A DNA stretch of 64,000 nt from Longimicrobiales bacterium (GCA_965204735.1 OZ242008.1:1856001-1920000), one strand, 5' to 3'. Counted from the first letter of the stretch, positions 9,194-16,541 are shown. Notes: generated from the letters alone by a model not told the origin. A program made the numbers and translations.

Positions 9194-10655
9194 GCCGAGC
9201 CGGATCGACCCAGCCGCAGTCCCCGGCGGAATCTTTCGCCAGTACGACATTCGCGGGATCGTGGGCGAGAGCTTGGACCCGGCGATCGCAGAGGCGGTGG
9301 GCGCGGCCTACGGCGCCGAGCTCCGGGACCGCTTGGGAGGCGCCGTCCCCAAGGTGGTGGCGGGTCAGGACAACCGACCTTCGTCGCCCTCCCTGGCGGA
9401 CGGGCTGACGCGGGGCGTCCACGCCGCCGGCTGCGACGTGGTGCGGCTGGGAACGGTGCCCACCCCGGTCGCCTACTTCGCCGAGCACGAACTGGCGGCC
9501 CACGGGTCGCTGCAGGTCACCGGGTCCCACAACCCGTCCGAGTACAACGGCGTCAAGATGACGGTGGCGAAGGCGTCGCTTCACGGCGACGCGATCCAGG
9601 CGCTCTTGGCGCGGATCCGCTCGGGACGCATGAGGCCGGCGCAGGGACCGGCGGCGGACGTGGCCGGCCCGACCTCGCCCGGCGAGTCGGCGGCGGCGGA
9701 CGGGCGCTCGGCCTCCGGCGCCGTGGAAGAGGTGGACGTGCTGCCCGCCTATGTCGCCGCGGTCGCGGGACGCTTCCGTCCCGCCAGGCCGGTCAAGGTC
9801 GTGGTGGATTGCGGGAACGGGACCGGCGCGGTGGTGGCTGTCGAGCTCCTGGAGGCGGCGGGCGCCCAGGTGGTTCCCCTCTACTGCGACTCCGACGGCA
9901 CGTTCCCGAACCACCACCCGGACCCCACGGTGGACGACAACGTCCGCGAGCTGGCGGCCCAGGTTCGCCGCCACGGCGCCGAGGCGGGGATCGGCTTCGA
10001 CGGAGACGCGGACCGGATCGGCGTGGTGGACGGAGAGGGCCGGATCGTCCGGGCCGACGTCCTGCTGCTGCTCTTCGGCCTGGACATGCTCCGCCGGGTC
10101 GGCCCCGGCGTCCAGCTGGTGTTCGACGTGAAGTGCTCCCAGGCGCTGCCGGAGGTGTTCGAGCGGGCGGGCGGCGTGCCCGTGATGTGGAAGACGGGCC
10201 ACTCGCTCGTCAAGGAGAAGATGAGGGAGACCGGGGCTCCGATCGCCGGCGAGCTCTCGGGCCACATCTGCTTCGCCGACGACTACTACGGCTTCGACGA
10301 CGCGCTCTACGCCGCCTGCCGCTTGGTGGAGATGATCGCCGGGTCCGAGCGTTCGTTGGCCGAGATGGTGCGGGAGCTGCCGTCGTACGCCTCCACTCCC
10401 GAGATGCGGATCGACGTGCCGGAGTCCGAGAAGTTCGGCTTGGTGGCCGACGCCAGGGAGTACTTCGCCCGCGACCACGAGGTGATCGCGCTGGACGGCG
10501 CCCGGGTGCTGTTCGGGGACGGCTGGGGGCTGATCCGGGCCTCCAACACCCAACCGGCGATCACGGTGCGCTGCGAAGCCGCCACCGAGGCGCGCCTGGG
10601 GGAGATCCGCGAGACGCTGGAACGCTGGCTTCGGGCCCGAGGCGTCCGCCTGTGA
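9180..10655 (+). CDS. Phosphomannomutase/phosphoglucomutase (AlgC/ManB-like)
   Basis: IFRQYDIRG, active-site TGSHNP, metal-binding FDGDADR and sugar-binding GELSGH motifs. Confidence 0.95.
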   Translation: MPGTEPSRIDPAAVPGGIFRQYDIRGIVGESLDPAIAEAVGAAYGAELRDRLGGAVPKVVAGQDNRPSSPSLADGLTRGVHAAGCDVVRLGTVPTPVAYFAEHELAAHGSLQVTGSHNPSEYNGVKMTVAKASLHGDAIQALLARIRSGRMRPAQGPAADVAGPTSPGESAAADGRSASGAVEEVDVLPAYVAAVAGRFRPARPVKVVVDCGNGTGAVVAVELLEAAGAQVVPLYCDSDGTFPNHHPDPTVDDNVRELAAQVRRHGAEAGIGFDGDADRIGVVDGEGRIVRADVLLLLFGLDMLRRVGPGVQLVFDVKCSQALPEVFERAGGVPVMWKTGHSLVKEKMRETGAPIAGELSGHICFADDYYGFDDALYAACRLVEMIAGSERSLAEMVRELPSYASTPEMRIDVPESEKFGLVADAREYFARDHEVIALDGARVLFGDGWGLIRASNTQPAITVRCEAATEARLGEIRETLERWLRARGVRL

Positions 10656-11908
10656 GGCGCCCGGACTCCAAGCGTGGAGCCGGGGACCGCCTCGGCACGA
10701 CCGTAACCTTGGCCATACTGGTAAGTACTGTCGGCGCTGCTGTCGGGCCTCCTGGCGAGGAGCCGCCAAGTCACGCGATCCTCCACTTCGATCACGGACG
10801 ACACGCCGATCAAGCAGCTGGGTGAAGTGTTGTTTCACTCGGACAGCGTCGATTCATCGACATCGACGAAACTCGGCAAGTTGGGAGGAGGCTTGTTTCT
10901 CAACTCGAATCTGTTCGTATACGCCGACGCCCTTGCGAGGACGCTCAACTTTGTACACGTGGATCGGCGAGAGATCGTCACGGTCGGCGGCCATGGCCAG
11001 GGGCCCGGAGAGTTTCAGGTGGTTGGTGGGGTTTTTCGAGACGGCCGGGGCAATGTGATAGTTGACGACTGGGCAGCACTGCGTGCAACAGTACTTGATC
11101 CGGACGGAAATGCGATCCGAACCATAGCTTACGACGTGTCGCCGCTCACCGGCGGTCCGGGCGTGCCCAGGGTCGTCGGGCTGACGACGACCGGCACACT
11201 GATTGTACGCGATTCCGATCCATGGGTCGTTCCGCGGCCAGATGGCTTGTATCGACCGAATGTTTGGCTCGTCACTCTCGACGTCGCCTCCCGGTCATCC
11301 CTAACAATTGCGCACGGCCAGGGTCGAGAGAGCGTGCGAATGAACCACAGTGCAGATGACGCGCACAGCTTTTCCTTCAGTACCGTGGACGTCCCGTTTG
11401 CTCATGATCTGTTCAGCGTTTTCATGACGATAAGCTGTACGTAGCCGATACGAGCAAAGACAGTGCAGTCGTCGTGAATACGGCGGGAACCGTAGTTCGA
11501 CGAATTCCCCTTCCTCCCGCAAGAATCGCATCTGAAGAGGACCTTGCATCTTGGAAAGAACAGCAGACCACAAGACTGCGGGAGCGCAACAGATCTCCGA
11601 GTTCTTTTGATGCCAGCGACCACATCAGATGGACGAGGGAAGCCACTGGCAACACCGTTGCCCCGCGAATCAGCGGCATGTTCGTGGACGTCGCAGGACG
11701 GCTGTGGATGCAGCGATACGCGATGCCAACCGATACGGCGGCTTACTGGGAGCTGTGGGACCTGAATGATCAAGTTCTATCCGCTGTGGTGAGCGTGTCC
11801 CCAGGAGACCAGCTGTTGGATGCGGCGGGCGACGTTGTCTTGACCAGCAGCACGACCGAGTTGGGGTTGACCAGCATCACAGTATGGCGGCTTGCTGGCG
11901 AGTCGTGA
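10652..11908 (+). pseudogene. Exported 6-bladed beta-propeller-like protein, split into three frames (10652-10825, ~10725-11444, ~11420-11908)
   Basis: GTG overlaps the PMM stop and is followed by a hydrophobic signal-like segment. The middle piece has GGHGQGPGEF. Restoring one T in the TTTT at 11419-11422 gives ...PFAHDLFSVFHDDKLYVADTSKDSAVVVNTAG, collinear with the downstream paralog. The C-terminal VDVAGRLWMQRY...WELWD...LLDAAGDVVL matches the paralog. Confidence 0.7.
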
Positions 11909-13167
11909 ACCACCACCGGCTCGTTCGCGTACTTGCTCTGGTCGGCGCCGTAGTCGGAGTGTCGGGGCGGGCAGGGGACCAGAGGATTGTTGAACGGCGC
12001 CTGTCCTCGCCGCCGCTCTTTGACTCGCACCTCGTCACGGATCCTGGAATGTCGGCGATTGATGCGACATCTGCGCTCTTTACAGGGAAGAATCGATTTG
12101 CAGCAGCCGGTCCGGAGCATGCGGACGCCACGCTTGTCTTTGTCGACGTGGTCGATGGATCAGTGGCGACGGTTACTGCAGAGGCGCTGGGACTTTCGGG
12201 GATCGGGGGCATGACGCTGGTGCGGGCAGGCGCCGATGGCCGAGTGGTCGCTTGGCACGGCGAGTCCTCTCAGGTCGTCACCATCTCGACAACGGGGACG
12301 GCAGTTGAGCGCATACCCCTTGGGTTGCCCGCCGGCTTTATGACGGCGCCGTGGGAACTTGCTGCACTTGGCGTCGAAGATGGGGTGGCCGTGTTGAGGC
12401 AACGGGCCATTGGGGCCGGCTTCGGCAACGTGGGCGGCATGTCGTATCGTCAACGGCTAGAGTTTTCGCTGATTCGGCCCGGTGGAGACCCGGAACCCGT
12501 CGTGCAGGTTGGGGGAGCAGAACGTGTCTATCTTGCTGTTCGCGAGGACTCCGCTCGGGGCAATGTCGAGACGGATGTGATTTTCGGTGAAACGGTTTTC
12601 AGCGCTCCACTCGGCGCCGACAAGGTGATTGTTGCGGAAACCGACGCAGATTCGATCTGGGTGCTGGACACGCAGGGCAACTACAGGCCGCTGTTGCCGA
12701 CGCCACTGCGATCGGTTGTCGTGACTGAGGATGACGTTCGAATTGAGCGGAGTCGGCTGAGGCGGCGCAATCTGATGGACCAGGAGATGGACGGTTTGAT
12801 GGACATGGTATCCGGTCGGCATCGAGAGCAACTCATGGCTCTTGATCGTGCCAGTCGCATGGCGATCGACTTGGCGCCGGTGAGTTGGACGCCGCCGGCG
12901 ATCGCAGATCTGGTGGTGGACGGGCAGTCGAGAGTGTGGCTGAAGCGGTTCGTGCCGCCGACGGATTCGGTTGCCACTTGGGAAGTATGGAACACGGAGA
13001 GACGGGTTGTTGAGTTTCGCCTGGACGCACCGCAAGAGTGGGACGTCTTGGATGCTCGCGGTGACCAGGTGCTGCTTCGCGCGGAGGGGAGTTGGGAGGC
13101 CGGGGCAGATCGTCTTGGCCGGCTGCTGGTTATGGAAATGCAGCCGGCGTCGCGGCACGACGACTGA
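11905..13167 (+). CDS. Exported beta-propeller-like protein (paralog of the upstream split gene)
   Basis: GTGA overlap with the previous stop; N-terminal signal-like RLVRVLALVGAVVGVSG; C-terminal PPAIADLVVDGQSRVWLKRF...WEVWN...VLDARGDQVLL resembles 6-bladed propeller proteins. Confidence 0.75.
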   Translation: MNHHRLVRVLALVGAVVGVSGRAGDQRIVERRLSSPPLFDSHLVTDPGMSAIDATSALFTGKNRFAAAGPEHADATLVFVDVVDGSVATVTAEALGLSGIGGMTLVRAGADGRVVAWHGESSQVVTISTTGTAVERIPLGLPAGFMTAPWELAALGVEDGVAVLRQRAIGAGFGNVGGMSYRQRLEFSLIRPGGDPEPVVQVGGAERVYLAVREDSARGNVETDVIFGETVFSAPLGADKVIVAETDADSIWVLDTQGNYRPLLPTPLRSVVVTEDDVRIERSRLRRRNLMDQEMDGLMDMVSGRHREQLMALDRASRMAIDLAPVSWTPPAIADLVVDGQSRVWLKRFVPPTDSVATWEVWNTERRVVEFRLDAPQEWDVLDARGDQVLLRAEGSWEAGADRLGRLLVMEMQPASRHDD

Positions 13168-13359
13168 CGCACTTGTCCGGGAGCGCCTTGGATTGGTGGG
13201 CTGCCCGACGGTGCACGATGGCGGACGCCCGGGCTGCGAGGTGGACGCTCGCTGGCCGGGTCGACGCCGACCGGTACGGTGATACCGTGGTACCACGACG
13301 CGGGAGGCGCGGCGGCGAGCCGCCGGACCGACGGCCAACCTTCGGCAAGCGTCGGGCCG

Positions 13360-13369
13360 AAAAAAAAAA
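13360..13369 (+). repeat. A10 homopolymer in the intergenic region upstream of the peptide operon
   Basis: gccgAAAAAAAAAAtag, directly visible and highly atypical of this GC-rich DNA. Confidence 0.85.
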
Positions 13370-13519
13370 TAGTCCCATCCAGCTATCCAAACGCCCATTT
13401 CCGGTCGCCATCATTAAGCCGTCGGTGGAAAGAACCGCCGTGATCGGGGGTTCCGCCAGCCCGCAGGGCGGGCAGCACGGCTGTCTCCCGACACCCGGAC
13501 CCAAGCGATGGAGGCGAAG

Positions 13520-14227
13520 ATGGCGAAGACGCGAACCGAACGGAGCCGTTGGCGCGCCCGCGTGGCGCGCGGTTCGACGGCAACTGGTTCCTCACACGGA
13601 GATTCGTCGCCGGCCGAAGCGCTGCGCGGTCGCTCGCCGGGGACGTTGGCGGCGATCGGCGGCCAGGGGACGGTTGCGGTTCTGGCGGGCGTGGCCTTTG
13701 CCGCCTGTGCCGGAGGCGGGCCGAACAGATCGGCGCCCCTGGACGTGGGCGACCCGGCGCCGCCGTCGCTGCAGCTGTCCGGGAGCGGACCGGCTCTGGT
13801 CTGGGCGTTCAACTCGGTGGATTGCCTGACCTGCAAGCTGGCGGAGTCGTCGTGGGTTGTCCGGCGGCTTCAACGCCGCTTCCGCGGCCTGAAGACGGTG
13901 GTGGCGGCGGTCGGACCGGGCAGTGCGTCCGATCGGGAGATGGTCGCAGGGTTCCTCGCCTCGGAGCGAATCCAAGCCACGATCCTGATGCAGACGCGGA
14001 AGGCGCACGCCGGGGAGTTCGGCGGAGGCGCGCCGCTTCCTGCGCTGTACCTGGTGGGGCGGTCGGGAACCACCGTGACGGCTGCCGTGCCCGACCCCGC
14101 TGCCCCCGGCGTTCCCGATTGGGACCGCTTCGACCTGGACGCAGTCCTGCACCGCCTCGCCCAGTCGGTCGACGCGGACGAAGAGCCGAACAGCACACAC
14201 ACAACTCGCAAGGAGAACAACCAATGA
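13520..14227 (+). CDS. Thioredoxin-fold (TlpA/redoxin-like) lipoprotein with CxxC
   Basis: GGAGG RBS before ATG 13520; lipobox-like VAVLAGVAFAAC; redoxin N-motif LDVGDPAP; beta-strand plus CxxC (LVWAFNSVDCLTC); cis-Pro-loop-like PLPALYLVGRSG. Confidence 0.7.
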   Translation: MAKTRTERSRWRARVARGSTATGSSHGDSSPAEALRGRSPGTLAAIGGQGTVAVLAGVAFAACAGGGPNRSAPLDVGDPAPPSLQLSGSGPALVWAFNSVDCLTCKLAESSWVVRRLQRRFRGLKTVVAAVGPGSASDREMVAGFLASERIQATILMQTRKAHAGEFGGGAPLPALYLVGRSGTTVTAAVPDPAAPGVPDWDRFDLDAVLHRLAQSVDADEEPNSTHTTRKENNQ

Positions 14228-14499
14228 CGAACCGAACGGAGAAGCGTGCAAAGAGAAGCCGGGCGAAGACCCTGGTGGCCGCGACGGGCTTGGCCCTGGC
14301 CGTGATTTCCGCAAGCCCGGCCGCCGGGTTCGGACCCGCGCTCGACGGGCGGGCGGAGGCTCAGTACCACGTCAAGATGAAGCTGGTGTACGGACCCTTC
14401 CAGCTCTGCGTGTGGTCGTGCTACCTGGGCCGCTGCTGCGCCTACGACAAGCCCACCTTCCCATACTGGGAGTCGGAGTTCGACGCCATGACTCGTTAG
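14224..14499 (+). CDS. Small secreted Cys-rich precursor peptide 1 (91 aa; core C-x3-C-x4-CC)
   Basis: AAGGAG RBS; ATGA overlap with the thioredoxin gene; MTNRTEKRAKRSRAKTLVAATGLALAVISASPAAG...AEA|QYHVKMKLVYGPFQLCVWSCYLGRCCAYDKPTFPYWESEFDAMTR. Confidence 0.8.
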   Translation: MTNRTEKRAKRSRAKTLVAATGLALAVISASPAAGFGPALDGRAEAQYHVKMKLVYGPFQLCVWSCYLGRCCAYDKPTFPYWESEFDAMTR

Positions 14500-14532
14500 G
14501 CTGGAGTCCCTCGCCCCATCCCTCGGGCCGGA

Positions 14533-14565
14533 GCCGCCGGACGCATATAGATAGGCGCCGGCGGT
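14533..14565 (+). terminator. GC-rich stem-loop after peptide 1 (possible partial terminator or mRNA stabiliser)
   Basis: gccgccgg-a-cgc ... gcg-ccggcggt inverted repeat followed by ctgtt. Confidence 0.45.
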
Positions 14566-14605
14566 CTGTTGCCCGTCCCCGACAGAAGCGAAGAAGGAGT
14601 CGCCG

Positions 14606-15766
14606 GTGAAGACCAACGCACCCGCAGGAAGCCGCCAGAAGACGAACGCAACCGACGTTGCCCCTCGGGCGCGTCAGCCATCAATTCCGTCTGGTCGGGT
14701 CTTCCCAGTCCTGGTCGTCGCGCTGACGCTGTCGGCCTGCGACCGGGCCGATCCTCCGTCCCCTCCGGCGACGCCCTCCGCTTCGACCTCCGAGACGCCG
14801 TCGCTCGCCGCGCTGGAGGGGGTCTTCGAGGTCGTCGGCTCTATCGAGCTGGAAGAGACCGACGAAGTGCTGACGGTCCAGCCCATGGTGACCGTCGGCG
14901 GTCCCGGCGAGCTGCTGGTCGCGGAGCCCATGGAGGGACAGGTCCGCGTGTACGGCGTGGACGGGGCGCTCCGGGCGAACCTGGGACGCAGAGGAGCAGG
15001 TCCAGGCGAGTTCGAGTTCCCGATGACGGCGCATCGGACGCTCGACGGCGGGCTGGTGGTCGCCGACGTGGGCATGTCGCGCCTGACCTTCTTGGCATCG
15101 GGCAACCCTGATTCGGTCCAGGTTGCCGATCTGCCCGACGTCGGGCTGCTCGCTGCCCAGGACATGGGCGACGGGCGCTACTTGATCGCCGGTCTCAACC
15201 GCCCGGACGGCCCGGAGGGAAGCTTCCTCCACTTCTGGAACCGAGGAACCCAGGAGTTCGAGCGGAGCTTCCTGCGCATGAGAGTTCCGGAGGAGCTCGA
15301 GGCGCTGGCCATGACGATGTCCGGCGTGGTGGCGGTAACGGAGGCCGATACCATATGGGCGGCCTGGGCCCTTTCGGACACGCTCTACAAGTACGACCTC
15401 GAGGGCAATCGCCTTGCCGCCTACCCGCTTGTCCTGCCCCGTCCGGGAAGCGGACCGCAAGGCGGCGAAGTCATCCGCGATCCCGTGTCCATGCGGGAAG
15501 AGTTCGACGCCACTACGCAGATCATGAACGTGTTCCCGCTGCGCAGCGGGAGGATCGCGGTCCAGGCCATGCAGACCCGTGGCAACGATGCGGTCTTCGA
15601 TCTCTTGATCGTCGACCGGGAAGGGAACGACCTGTGGAAGCAGGCGGGCACTCCCAGGTTGTACGTCGTCGCCGACGACGTGTTCTACTTCCAGGATCCG
15701 TCCTCGGTGCACCCCAACAAGTGGGTCGTGGCCACATTGGCCGAGCTGCCCACCAACGAGGGATAG
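14606..15766 (+). CDS. 6-bladed beta-propeller (NHL/TolB-like) lipoprotein
   Basis: GAAGGAG RBS; lipobox VLVVALTLSAC; LGRRGAGPGEFEFP blade motif; repeated DGGLVVAD/LYKYDLEGN/LLIVDREGN blade-like segments. Confidence 0.8.
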   Translation: MKTNAPAGSRQKTNATDVAPRARQPSIPSGRVFPVLVVALTLSACDRADPPSPPATPSASTSETPSLAALEGVFEVVGSIELEETDEVLTVQPMVTVGGPGELLVAEPMEGQVRVYGVDGALRANLGRRGAGPGEFEFPMTAHRTLDGGLVVADVGMSRLTFLASGNPDSVQVADLPDVGLLAAQDMGDGRYLIAGLNRPDGPEGSFLHFWNRGTQEFERSFLRMRVPEELEALAMTMSGVVAVTEADTIWAAWALSDTLYKYDLEGNRLAAYPLVLPRPGSGPQGGEVIRDPVSMREEFDATTQIMNVFPLRSGRIAVQAMQTRGNDAVFDLLIVDREGNDLWKQAGTPRLYVVADDVFYFQDPSSVHPNKWVVATLAELPTNEG

Positions 15767-15782
15767 CCGTCGAGGGCGTGAC

Positions 15783-15814
15783 GGCGCGGCCGTCCACTTC
15801 GGGGCGGCCGCGCC
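15783..15814 (+). other. Stable hairpin upstream of peptide 2 (10-bp GC stem; loop region contains cUUCGg)
   Basis: ggcgcggccg (15783-15792) pairs with cggccgcgcc (15805-15814); cttcgg at 15797-15802. Confidence 0.6.
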
Positions 15815-15848
15815 CGAACGCAGTCAACACACCCCAAGGAGCAAGACC

Positions 15849-16094
15849 ATGAGAGCACCCAAGAGAGAAACCAACAAGAGGAGCCGCGCGAGGACGGCCG
15901 TCAAGGCAGCGGGCTTCGCACTCTTCGCGCTGGCCGGAGCGCCGGCTGCCGGCGACTTTCCGCAGGCGACGCCTGCGGTCGAAGCCGCTGCCCAGCACCG
16001 GGCTGCCAAGAAAGTCGAAGGGTGGTGGATATTCGAGAGGTGCACGGGTGACTGTCCGGGTCACGGCCGGTGCTGCGGCACCTCCGTCGTGTAG
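15849..16094 (+). CDS. Small secreted Cys-rich precursor peptide 2 (81 aa; core C-x3-C-x5-CC)
   Basis: CAAGGAG RBS; MRAPKRETNKRSRARTAVKAAGFALFALAGAPAAG...VEAAA|QHRAAKKVEGWWIFERCTGDCPGHGRCCGTSVV. Confidence 0.85.
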   Translation: MRAPKRETNKRSRARTAVKAAGFALFALAGAPAAGDFPQATPAVEAAAQHRAAKKVEGWWIFERCTGDCPGHGRCCGTSVV

Positions 16095-16149
16095 CCGGGC
16101 GGCCCAAGGCGCAGACCCCAATCAATCAAGACAAGGAGAAGAGAAAGTC

Positions 16150-16395
16150 ATGAAGACAAGACAGAAGACCACTGGCCGGCGTGCTTCGATCGCAAGACTG
16201 GCAAAGGGAGGCGCGTTGGCGGCGGGGCTGCTCGCCGTCGGCCCCTTCACGGCCGAGTTCGCTGACGCTCCGAGCGTCGAGGCAACGGCCCAGCGCGTGT
16301 ACGGCGACAAAGCGGTCCTGGCGTTGTGGTCCATCGAGTGGTGCATGTTCGACTGCCCGGGAGTCGGCGCCTACTGCTGCGGCCCGGTCGCGTAG
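16150..16395 (+). CDS. Small secreted Cys-rich precursor peptide 3 (81 aa; core C-x3-C-x6-CC)
   Basis: CAAGGAG-containing leader; MKTRQKTTGRRASIARLAKGGALAAGLLAVGP...VEATA|QRVYGDKAVLALWSIEWCMFDCPGVGAYCCGPVA. Confidence 0.85.
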   Translation: MKTRQKTTGRRASIARLAKGGALAAGLLAVGPFTAEFADAPSVEATAQRVYGDKAVLALWSIEWCMFDCPGVGAYCCGPVA

Positions 16396-16429
16396 CTCCG
16401 TCCCTAGCATAGCAGGAATCCCGAAGGAA

Positions 16430-16522
16430 GCCGGCGAGTTGGCGAGGCGGCTCGCCGGCCCCTAGGGGCACCACGCGGACGCACCGGCGGATCCCCCCGC
16501 ATCGACAGTAGGGGGATCCGCC
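16430..16522. terminator. Two stem-loops between the convergent peptide 3 and bshB1 genes
   Basis: gccggcgag/ctcgccggc (16430-16459) and ggcggatccccc/gggggatccgcc (16486-16522) inverted repeats; no clear U-tract. Confidence 0.55.
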
Positions 16523-16541
16523 ACCGCTGCTTGCCGGTTCC

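Noticed and set aside
13168..13340. Possible small ORF, or att site at the palindrome cgtggtaccacg (13286-13297)
   Set aside because: No RBS-supported ORF, no second copy noticed at the island edges and no integrase; could be chance.
16150..16200. Tat signal in peptide 3 (TGRRAS)
   Set aside because: Lacks the RRxFL consensus, and the twin Arg is not conserved in peptides 1 and 2.
14224..16395. Peptides as radical-SAM, lanthipeptide or MNIO (bufferin-type) RiPP substrates
   Set aside because: No such modifying enzyme or RRE protein in the locus. Sec-type leaders and a CxxC neighbour fit disulfide formation better, although enzymes acting in trans cannot be excluded.
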